DNA from: Macrostomum hystrix
Taxonomy: Eukaryota > Animalia > Platyhelminthes
NCBI GenBank assembly: GCA_950097015.1
Contig: CATNEN010000008.1
Span: forward strand, 1,302,001 to 1,366,000
DNA: 64,000 bases
Reading direction: 5' to 3'
Under the pieces are notes generated by a model. The model was given only the letters and a program-made list of their open reading frames with translations, did no database searches and had not been told where the DNA came from. The translations under genes and the position numbers were made by a program. Shown piece after piece: positions 46,701-58,700 of the stretch. Positions within the stretch are counted from its first letter, which is position 1. Every line of letters begins with the position of its first letter.

Positions 46701-49700
46701 GTCGGTTGACGAGCTGCTTACCGACCATCAAGAGCTCTTCGGCTTCTTGTGCAGAACGGGGTGCGGCACCGCCCATCGTGGCGTGGGGTGAATAGGGAGA
46801 GAGCAGCTGCAGTGGTGTTAGGATTAGTACCAAGCAGCTGGCAATTACAATCAGAATTTCTTCACCAACTCACCAATTTCAGGCGCCGGGCTTCAAGCCG
46901 CTGGATCTGCTTTCAGCGTCGCCAGCCCAAGCTGGCCTCGTTGCTCTTCAGCTTTGGTGGACGGCCGACACCGAGGAGGCGCTGAGCTTGGCCAAATCCG
47001 ACAGGCGGATTATGCAGCAGACGGGGGATCGCTTCCAGACTATCCTGAACGATCTGATCGGAGCAGTGTCAGGCCAGGATCTGGGCAAGCTGCAGCGGGC
47101 CAGAGCTGAGGCGCTCGTCACTCTGCAGATGCACCAGCGCGAGAGCTTTGAGGAGCTGCAGCGATCCCAGGTCCCACCTTCACTAGCACATTAGATTGGT
47201 TCTCAACCAACTTCACGAGCACATTAGATTTGTTCTCACGAGCACATTAGTATCTCCAAAAATATTCAGCCAATCAACATGAAAATCCAGAAAACTGGCA
47301 AAACTTTTCCGCTCTATCCGACGAAACAACTCCCAGAATCACAAAACAGCGGCATCTTCGAGATATTCAACGATTCGGGGTGTCTTGTGGCAAAAACCAC
47401 CAATATAGGCATAATTTTTGTGCTCTCAAAAGTTCATCATGTAACCATGTCGGCTCCACAAATTAAATCAACCAGTCGCAGGGACCTGTTTTCTCAGCTT
47501 GGCACCTTGAAAAATGCGCATGATTGGCATCTCAATGACGGCTGCTTTTGTTGAAGGTCCCGCCGGTCGTCGCCGTTGCTCCGGATGGCGATGAAGGTGA
47601 CCCTGGTGACTGGGACGCTGAGAAAAAAGGGCCCTACGACAGACGGATTGAGATTATTGAACCAATAGGGATTCGCCAGCAATGTCAGTTGTCCTTGTCA
47701 CCAGGGTCTTCGACAAGAACCGCTGAATGTCTCGACGATGCTGACGTCGGGTTATTCGGTTTGGGAGATCTCGTGAAGTAGGCAGTGGGAATTTGAAATA
47801 CCCTCGTGGTCAACTCCCAACCCGCCCAACTTCCAGGTAAGACACATCGGCGACTTCGACTGGCAGAGACGGACCAGAGTCTACATGAGAAACGAGGCCT
47901 CGGGTCACTGCACAGTCAGCATCACTGACGCGGACCTGGCCTACATGAACGAGTTTCTCGGCTGTCCGGAGAGGCTGGTGACAACGCCGCTGACTGAGCG
48001 CTGCGCCATTGCCATAGCTCAGGCTCTCGGCATGGCCCAGGGGGCCGCACTAATGGGACCAACCGGAGCTGGCAAAACAGAGACGGCAAAGGATATTGGG
48101 CGATGCTTGGGCCGATATGTTGTGCTTTTGAACTGCTCAGATCAGATTGACTACCGGGCTCTGGGACGCATTGTTAAAGTGAGTCTGACTCTCATACATT
48201 CGATCTGACTCTCAACTGGCTCTCAATCTGACTCTCAACTGACTCTCAATCCGACTCTTAATTTGACTCTCAATCTGACTATCAATCTCTAACTCTCAAT
48301 CTGACTTGATCTGACTCTCAATCTGACTCACAATCTGACTCTCAATCTGACTCTCTGCTCTCAATCTGACTCTCAATCTGACTCTCAATCTGACTCTCAA
48401 TCTGACTCTCTGACTCTCAATCTGACTCTCAATCTGACTCTCAATCTGACTCTCAATCTGACTCTCAATCTGACTCTCAATCTGACTCTCTGACTCTCCA
48501 TCTGACTCTCCATCTGACTCTCAATCTGACTCTCTGACTCTCCATCTGACTCTCAATCTGACTCTCAATCTGACTCTCTGACTCTCCATCTGATTCTCAA
48601 TCTGACTCTCCATCTGACTCTCTATCTGACTCTCAATCTGACTCTCTGACTCTCCATCTGACTCTCCATCTGACTCTCCATCTGACTCTCAATCTGACTC
48701 TCTGACTCTCCATCTGACTCTGACACTCTCCGCTCCGCATCTGACAGGGTCTGGCGCAGTCGGGTAGCTGGGGCTGCCTGGACGAATTCAATCGCGTCGA
48801 TCCGTCCGTGATGTCGGTGGCCGCCCAGCAGGTGTCGCTGGCCCTGGCCAGCAAGAAGGAGCGCAGGCAGCAGTTCGTATTCACCGACGGTGACACGGTG
48901 GAGCTGGACCCTGAGTTCGGAATCTTCCTGACCACGGTTTGTTGGGGGCTCGGCTGATTTGTCATTTTTTGTAGGTGGGCCAAGGGAAGCAAGTCGGTAA
49001 TTTGAAATCCCATGCGAAATTATTATATTTAGCGAGCCACATCCCAAATCCCGAACCAAAGTCCTAAAACGAACAAGCCAAATCTTCACACCTGAATCCA
49101 TCAGCCAAAATTCAACGCGAAAAATCCCACATCTCAAATCACAAACCTCTAATCTAAATTCCGCATCTCATACCTCACATCACGAATCCAACATCCGAAA
49201 CCGAAATCCCAAACCTAAATTGCTCATCCCAAACCTAAATTGATCATCCCAAACCTAAATTGCTCATCCCAAACCTAAATTGCTCATCCCAAGCCTAAAT
49301 TGCAAATCCCAAACCTAAATTGCTCACCCCAGACTTAAATTGTAAATCACAAACCTAAATTTCAAATCCCAAATCTAAATTGTAAATCCCAAACCTAAAT
49401 TAATCCCAAACCCAAATTGTAAACCCCAAACCTAAGATGTAAGTCGCAAACCTAAATTGCAAATCCCAGACCTAAATTGCTCATCGGAAACCCAAATTCC
49501 GCATCTTAAGCTCCACATCCCACATCCTAAAATCTCACATCCCGAATCCCACAGCCGAATTCCTAAGATCTAAATTACAAATTACGTATCCGAAATCTCA
49601 CCTGAAATCCCTGGCACAGAGTCCCGGCTATCCTGGTCGCCAAGAACTACCGGAGAATTTAAAGGCCAGCTTCAGGCCGGTTGCCTTGGTAACGCCCGAC

Positions 49701-52700
49701 CCTGTTGCCGTGCTGCGGGTGCGGCTGACCGCAGCCGGCTATCAGCAGCAAACAGCCGGGCAGCTGGCTAGGAAGGCGGCCCATCTGTTGCGCGCCTGCT
49801 CCGACCTGTTGACGAGTCGGCCGCAGTACGACTTCGGAATGAGAGCGGCCGTGGCAGCGGGCCGTGCTCTGGCTGCGGCGAGGCGGGAATTCGTACTGCA
49901 GCAGCAGCAGCAGCAGCAAATTTCAGCAAGGTAAGAAGTGATTAAAGAAAAACTCATTCTACAACTGGTTTCACCCTGGTTTCACTCCAGTTCAACTGGT
50001 TTCACTCCAGTTCAACTAACTGGTTTCACTCCAGTTCAACTGGTTTCACTCCAGTTCAACTAACTGGTTTCACTCCAGTTCAACTGGTTTCACTCCAGTT
50101 CAACTAACTGGTTTCACTCCAGTTCAACTAACTGGTTTCACTCCAGTTCAACTGGTTTCACTCCAGTTCAACTGGTTTCACTCCAGTTCAACTAACTGGT
50201 TTCACTCCAGGTCAACTGGTTTCACTCCAGGTCAACTGGTTTCACTCCAGTTCAACTGGTTTCACTCCAGGTCAACTGGTTTCACTCCAGTTCAACTGGT
50301 TTCACTCCAGTTCAACTAACTGGTTTCACTCCAGTTCAACTAACTGGTTTCACTCCAGTTCAACTGGTTTCACTCCAGTTCAACTAACTGGTTTCACTCC
50401 AGGTCAGCTGGTTTCACTCCAGTTTCACTCCTCGAACCCACCCGAACTCATTCAGGCCATCGCAGCTGCAGGCTTCGCTCAGTGCCAGCGGTTTCCGCAG
50501 GCAGCATCAGGACACTGAGCAGACCATGGCGATGCGAGCTCTTCGGGATTCAATTCTGCCCAGGCTGGACGAATCGGACGAGCCTTTGTTGCTCAGCCTT
50601 CTGGAGGATATTTTTCCCGGCTCCGGCATCGGGCCGGATCGGCGACCGATGGCGCCGGATGTTGAAGCCGCCGCGGCGAGACAGGCGACTCGGCTTGGTC
50701 TGAGCGCGCATCCGGCTTGGCTGCTCAAGTGTGCTCAGCTGCACGAGACCCAACTGGCCAGGTTTGGCCAAGCTATTTAGCGAAGTTTTCTCTTGAATGA
50801 GTTGTGATAAAGCGGGGGATAAAGAGCTTCAGTGGCAGAGCGGTCTATCGTGTTTGCCTCTCATACCAAGATCCTGAGCTCAATTCCGCGGTGAGGCCAC
50901 ATTAATTTGGGGCGCAGCCACGGAGAGAAGGCTTGGGGGCTTGTCATGCAATTTACGCCCTTGAGGGCCAACCTCCAAGGCACAGTGAGAGTGTACACTG
51001 CCTGACGATGAGAAAGTCAGGGCAGATGTACACACCTGTGTGAGCGCATGCCTGCATACGGTATCTTTGTGCGAGTGTGCTCAGGAGCCAGCGAAATGGG
51101 CGGAATGGCCTCCTCGCTGGCTGCGGGTCTAGTGTCACCAAATGCTGTCAGGGCCCACAACCCTCATGCAATTTTTTTTGTTGAGGTAAATTAAGTGGAA
51201 GACGCTAGGGTTGTGAAAGGATATAGATTGGAAACAACTCGGAGAAGATTATAAATATGACTGGAAAAGATGTGCGTAACAAACGGTCGTACACTTCGGT
51301 GACGTCACAGGCACGGAGTGATCCTGCTCGGCGATTCCGGCACCGGCAAGAGCCGCTGTTGCGCCACCCTAATGCACGCCCTCGCCGAGCTGGGCTCTCC
51401 GCTTCGAGAATTGCGCCTGAATCCCAAAGCGCTTGGCGGCGGAGGCGGCGGCGGCCCAGCCGAGAAGCTGTTTGGTCGTCTGGACGCCGCGAGTAACGAC
51501 TGGCGTGACGGCGTCTTCTCAGCGTTGTGGCGTCGGATTCGACGCGCCAAGAAAGGCGGCGGCGTTATTGGCGGCAGCGCTGGTGATCAGCAGCAGCAGC
51601 AGCAGCAGCAGGTGTGGCTGATCCTTGACGGTCCTATTGATGCCGTGTGGGTCGAGAGCCTCAACTCGGTACTGGACGATAACCGACTGTTAACATTGGC
51701 CAATGGTCAGTTAATTTTAGTGGCGTACAATGTACTCTTGAATTTTACAACTACTGACTAAAACTACTACTAAAAGTACACTCGCACCAAATACGCACGC
51801 AGGCGATCGAATTTCGATGGCTCTCGGCTGTCGAGTCCTATTCGAAGTGGACAGCATTCAGAATGCGACGCCGTCGACTCTATCGCGCAATGGCCTTGTC
51901 TACTTCGGTGCTGCTGTGCTCGACTGGCAGCCGGTGCTGAACGCATGGCTGGCTCGACAGCCAGACTGGCAGCGAACTTCCGTGTGGGCCGTCTTTGATG
52001 CAGCCTTCCCCGGCTGCCTGGCCTTTGTGACGAGTAGTTTGAGAACAAAATTAACAGTAAGGAACACCTGGGTTTGACCGGATGTGCCAATTATTTTTCC
52101 TAATCTGTCCAGAATTTAGCGTTCATCGTTCATTATTTCAAATAGGTGCCCGAGTGCAGCTACATACATCAGGCCACCAGTCTCTTGTCGAGTCTCCTGG
52201 CAACCGCTGAGGAATCTTCGCCAGCTGGCGATCAGAGCCGACACCAGCAGCAACAGCCTAGTCAGCAGTCTCACCTAGATCAGCAGCACCTCCAGCGTCT
52301 AACACTGTTCGCTCTAATTTGGTCTCTTGGCTCTCTTCTCGAACCCGATCAGTGGCATCGGCTGCAAGAGCACCTGAGGACTTTGGCTGCTTACCCGATC
52401 CTGCAGCCGTTGCTACCACCGACAAACTTCAACGGCTCTGGCAGCGAAGAGGCAGCCACTATGTTTGACTTCTTTGTGGACCCAAACACTGGCGAGTGGG
52501 TCCACTGGATGCACCTGGTAAAGGAACAGCGTTCGCTGACCTCGGCTTCGAATGACGTCGAATCGATTCCTTCGGCAGCCGTCCCGAATTACGTGCAGCA
52601 TGCGGACAGTGTCCGGACGGACTACTTGATCCGGACGGCTTTTCGCTGTGGCGAACGCGGCGTCCTGCTAGTCGGCGGCCCTGGCGTCGGAAAGACGACG

Positions 52701-55700
52701 ATGGCGCGCGCGTACGGATCGACGTGCGACGCTGACACGCATCTGTTCCGCAGCTTCGACTTCTCGAGCTCCACAACGCCCGGCCTCTTTCAGCAGAGCG
52801 TTGAGTCGTGCGTCGACAAACGAATGGGCACCACTTTTGGTCCGCCTTCGGGCAAGCGGTTGACAATGTTCATTGATGACATTGGCCTGCCAGAGACGGA
52901 CGCCTGGGGCGATCAGCCAACAAGCGAGGCTGTCCGTCAGCTGATGGAGTCTGGCGGATTCTACAATCTGAAGAAGCCCGGTGAGTTCACCACCATTGTC
53001 GATGTTCGCGTATTGGCCGCTATGTCGCATCCGGGTGGTGGTCGCGGCGACATTCCGGCTCGGCTGAAGCGCCAGTTTTCCATCTTCAACTGCTGCCTGC
53101 CGGGGTCGGCTAGCCTTGATCGAATCTACGGTGCCACTGCGCGGAGTCATTTTTGCACGGAGCGCGGCTTCACTGAAGAGGTGGCGAGAATCGCTGTCGA
53201 GTGTCTGGTACCGGCCACTCGGCGCTTGTGGCAGCGCGCGCGCACCAAACTGGCGCCAACTCCAGCCAGGCCTCACTGCGTATTCACAATGTGTGACATG
53301 GGCCGCGTCTGGCAGGGTATGCTCAATGCAACACCAAGAGTTCTGACCAACCAGGCTGTGCTGGTTACACTGTGGCGACACGAGTGCGCCCGTTCCATGG
53401 GCGATCGACTGCCGGAGCAAAGTGACCGCGATTGGCTGGACCGGATGGCTCGCCACACCGCCGAGGAAGAATGCGGAGCCGCCTCCGTGGCCAGCAGCGA
53501 CGCCAGCCTGAACTGCTTCGTCCACTTCCTGAGTGGCGACGCGCCGACACCACCACCTCCGCTTCTGCCTGGCTCGCCTGCTTCGAACTTTGCAGCTGAC
53601 GACAATCGCGCAGCCGCCTCACCAGTGAATTCGACTGAGTCAATTGCGGCCCTTTACGAACCAGTGCGGAGTTTCGAACAACTCACAATGAGGCTCTACG
53701 AATGCCTGACCGCCTACAACTCAGCTGCTGAGGCTGCCTCAGATCCAGTCGGCATGCCTAGCCTTGACAATTTAGTGCTATTCGAGGAGGCTGTTGCTCA
53801 TCTCGCTCGCGTTTCTCGCGTGCTCCGCCTGACACGGGGCCACGCGCTGCTGCTCGGAACGCCCGGCTGCGGGCGTCGATCGCTGACTCGACTGGCCGCA
53901 TTCACAGCGGGCCAGAGCGTCTACCAACCGGATTCGAGTCGAGAGTACAGCCAGGTAAGAATTGGAATTCAATACAAATTCTTTCGATTCTATTGATACG
54001 CACAAACTAGAAGTTCAACTGAAACGATGGCTTCGGTGAAGTCAGGTCTCAAAAGTCTTACCGAGTTTTCTCATTGACCTATTTGAAGCATGAGTTATGT
54101 AATTGAATCGAAAACGCACGACTTTTGCAACCCCATCAGACCAGTCTCGTCGAAGACCTCAGGCAGCTGCATCGGGCTGCGGGCCTTCACGGTCGCAGCG
54201 TCGCCTTCTTGCTGACCGAGGCCGACCTGCGCAGCAGCGACGACGCTCTGCTGGAGACGATCAATAGCCTGCTGTCCGGCGGCGAGGTGCCCGGATTATT
54301 CAGCCGCGACGAGCACGAAGAGATGCTTGGCGAGCTCGTGCCGGCCATGAAGCGAGAGCATCCGCGCCGGCAGCCCACTAACGAGAACCTTCTGGATTAC
54401 TTTGCCAGCCGAGTTGGCCGGAATCTTCACCTGGTACTGTGCCTCTCGCCGCAGGGACCTCTACTTCGCCGTCGCATCCTGCGATACCCCGGCCTCCTAT
54501 CCGGCTGCACAGTAGACTGGTATCGTCGCTGGCCCCGAACGGCGTTAGTCAGCGTCGCTCATCACTTCCTCACTCGTCGACGTCGAGTAGACTTTGGCGA
54601 AGACATGGACGACTCCGTAGTAGCCGCGATGGCCCAGTTCCAGGTGGCGGCTGCTGATGTGGCCGACGAGCAGCTGCGAAGGCGAGGTCGACGAGGCGAC
54701 GCCACAACGCAGGTTAGCCTCACAAATAGTTCTGACTATGGCTATGCAAAGTCGTATGATACGAGCGCATAGTTAAGTTTAAGTTTGAAAATGGCCAAAA
54801 TCTTCAACCCAAAAGGCTTTTCTGAGCTTCGTGACAACATTTGGCGACGTGTACACGCGCTGCCGCGAAGAGCTGGACACCAGAGCGGCCCGCATGGACA
54901 CCGGACTGCGAAAGCTGCTCGAGGCCACAGGTTCGGTGGGCGGACTGGTGCGAGATCTGGCAGCGAAAGAGGCTTCTCTGGCGGAGATCAGTCGAATGGC
55001 TGAGGAGGCGCTGAAAGAGCTCACCGCAACATCAGCGGCAATGCATGAGATCAACGAACAGGTCGACATTGTAAAGGAGCGCGCCCAGTCCCTTGTTGAA
55101 GCCATCGGTGCCGACCGAGAGCTGGCCGAAGAGAAACTCGAAGCCGCCAAGCCGGCCCTAGAAGAAGCTGAAACTGCGCTTCAGACACTGAAGCCGGCTG
55201 ACATTTCCACAGTCAAGAAGTTGGCCAAGCCGCCGCATCTCATCATGCGGATCATGGACTGCGTGCTGCTGCTGTTTCGCAGGCACATCGACCCCGTCAC
55301 CATGGATCCGGAGCGCAACTGCATCAAACCGTCCTGGGGCGAAGCTTTGAAAATGCTGAGCGGCGACTTTCTCGGGGCGCTGTTGAATTTCCCGAAGGTT
55401 GGTGAAGTTCGTGGGCTTGCAAAAGGGAATTTGAGATTTTAACAAGAGTTTAATTCGAAATGGTGTGAAACAGGGGTGTAGATTTGACGCCTTCAACAAG
55501 GGCTGATTTCAATCACTAGGATCACTAAGATATGTTGGACATGCTAGATAAATTCAGTAAGTTCTATTGCTGAATTTCCTAAAAAATGCTTGCCTCCTTC
55601 ATCCAGGACACAATCAATGGCGAGACAGCCGAGCTGCTCCAACCCTACTTCGAAATGGAAGACTACACCATGGAGACTGCGCGCAAAGTCAGCGGCAACG

Positions 55701-58700
55701 TCGCCGGCCTCTGCGCCTGGACTCTGGCAATGGCCACATTCTATAGCATCAACAAAGACGTCATGCCGCTGAAGGTAAAGTACATTTAGTGTCAAGTGAG
55801 CGTTGTACGAATTTTCGTTTTAGTTTGTACGAGTATAATACTAGCCAATATACTAAAATACTTGACAGAAATGTTTTTTTAACGATCTGTTACTGCCAGT
55901 GAAATTATAAAAACTGATTGCTATCGAGCTTAAACGTCATAGAACTAGTGGGTAATAGTTGATGAACCCTGAAGAACTAGTGGGTAATAGTTGATAGGCA
56001 CTGAAGAACTAGTGGGTAATAGTTGATAGGCACTGAAGAACTAGTGGGTAATAGTTGATAGGCACTGAAGAACTAGTGGGTAATAGTTGATAGGCACTGA
56101 AGAACTAGTGGGTAATAGTTGATAGGCACTGAAGAACTAGTGGGTAATAGTTGATAGGCACTGAAGAACTAGTGGGTAATAGTTGATAGGCACTGAAGAA
56201 CTAGTGGGTAATAGTTGATGAACCCTTAAGAACTAGTGGGTAATAGTTGTTGTAGGTACTTATTATTCCAGTAAAATCACTTTTTCATCATTTTTACATT
56301 TTTCGTTTTTTAAAGGGCGGCAAAAGGCTATGCAGTGCCAGCGATCTGAAAGTACGAATGTTTAATCATTCTTTGCTTATTTTAGTCAAGTAGTTTTACT
56401 TAAATCTGTATAAATTTTCATTGCTTACTTAGAAATACTAATTTACTCATAATAATTTTCATTCTATTATGCAATTAGCTTTGGCATTCAACTGTGTTTT
56501 AACTAAAAAAACAATAAAGTATAAATCTAATTAAATTAAGTCTCATAAATTGTGAATTTTTTATTGCCTAATTCTCGTCGAATATCTCTAGGAGGAAATT
56601 GATGACGAGGAAGATGCTCAGATGAGTTTGAGGGTAAAAAACAAATCGATTTCTAAAGCATGCGATTTCATTGGTTCTCAGTTTTAAGCGGATAATAATA
56701 CTATAAATTCAAACCGTGTTGCGGCATAGAAACATTAATTACGAGTATAATTATCGGAGCATGCTACTGTTTTGTCGAGTTCTCGAAGTAGTAAAAAGAA
56801 GACAAAACACAGCTTATAAGAACTCACAATGATTATACTTCATAGTTCACTAAAAAATCATGTGTGCATTTGTAAAATATAAAAAAACTTTTTCTCTAAA
56901 AACTTTTCTTCTGACTAGCTTATTAACTTTTTTATGAGCGAATTAACAAGCATGTCAAAGTCTAAAAATTTGCATGCTTTGCGTAGTGATCCATAGGACT
57001 CCTTGATTCGTCCGATTCCTTGATTCGTCAGATTCTTTGATTCGTCAGATTCCTTGATTCGTGAGATTCTTTGATTCGTCAGATTCCTTGATTCGTCGGA
57101 TTCCTTGATTCGTCAGATTCTTTGATTCATCGGATTCCTTGATTCGTCGGATTCCTTGATTCGTCGGATTCCTTGATTCGTCAGATTCTTTGATTCGTCA
57201 GATTCCTTGATTCGTCGGATTCCTTGATTCGTCAGATTCCTTGATTCGTCGGATTCCTTGATTCGTCAGATTCCTTGATTCGTCGGATTCCTTGATTCGT
57301 CAGATTCCTTGATTCGTCAGATTCCTTGATTCGTCAAATTCCTTGATTCGTCAGATTCCTTGATTCTTCGGATTCCTTGATTCGTCGGATTCCTTGATTC
57401 GTCAGATTCCTTGATTCTTCGGATTCCTTGATTCGTCAGATTCCTTGATTCGTCGGATTCCTTGATTCGTCAGATTCCTTGATTCGTCAGATTCCTTGAT
57501 TCGTCAGATTCCTTGATTCGTCGGATTCCTTGATTCGTCGGATTCCTTGATTCGTCATATTCCTTGATTCGTCAGATTCCTTGATTCGTCAGATTCCTTG
57601 ATTCATCGGATTCCTTGATTCGTCAGATTCCTTGATTCGTCGGATTCCTTGATTCGTCAGATTCTTTGATTCGTCGTGTTTATTGACTCGTCGATAAAAA
57701 GAGAGTCGGTAAACCAGATTTCCCTTCGTTAAAGAACTCCCAATTTTCAAACCTTTTCTCAACCGCCCGTGCAGGCCAATCTCGCAATCCAGGAGGGTCG
57801 ACTCAGTCGAACTCGACGCGAGTTGCGCAACGCGCAGACAGCGCTGGCTGAGCGACAAGCGGAACTGGAGATTGCTCAGGAGCGCTACGAGGCCACAACG
57901 GCCCAACGGCAGGCGCTCACGACTGAAGTTGAGTTTAGTCGGAAGAAGGTACGCGCGCGTTTTGAGACTTTTAATTTCATCGTGGTTTAAGCTACTTTTC
58001 TTCGAGATTCATCTTTGAAGCTTCGACGCACGTGCAGGTGAACAACGCCACGGCGCTAATCGAGGGCCTGTCAACCGAACGCATCCGATGGACTGAGGCC
58101 AGCAAGGGACTAGAGACTCAGCGGCAGCGTCTTCTAGGCGACACCCTGCTGGCCACAGCGTTCGCCGCCTACGCCGGGCCACTGACGGTGGAGTTTCGCG
58201 ATCAGGCCCTGCGCGCCTGGAAGAAGGAGCTGCAGCTGGATAAGATCCTGTTCAACGATGTGAGCTGGACTCGAGAACTAATGAGAACATGCTGCGACGG
58301 GACTGGAAATTGGGACTGGGCAGTGGGGACTGGGATATTGTGGACTGGACATTGCGGACTGGACATTGTGGACTGGAGAGACTCGAAATCGGGGACTGGG
58401 AATTGGAAATAGATAAACAGAAAGTGGGAATTGAGAATTAAAAATGGGACTTAGGACTGAAGACGGGATGGATGTGTGTGAGCTACTGGGGGAGGCTTAA
58501 ACAACCCGTAGGAAATATCCCAACCAGGAAATTCCATACCCTGCCCGTCAGGACCCAGCAGCGCTGGTTTCGACGCTGGTCGACCCAGCCACACTGGGCG
58601 AATGGCGTATTCTCGGCCTGTCCGGAGACGAGGCCACGGCGCAGAACGCCCTAATCGTCACTCAGCAGGCTGCGTCGGGTCGCTGGCCGCTGCTGATCGA

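Noticed and set aside
49195-49500. Interstitial telomeric repeat
   Set aside because: CCTAAA occurs only as part of a ~20-bp unit; no tandem TTAGGG/TTTAGG run.
55567-55584. Intronic echo of the upstream exon end (LLNFLK versus LLNFPK) as a sign of intron gain by duplication
   Set aside because: Only 13/18 nt identity in AT-rich sequence; compatible with chance.
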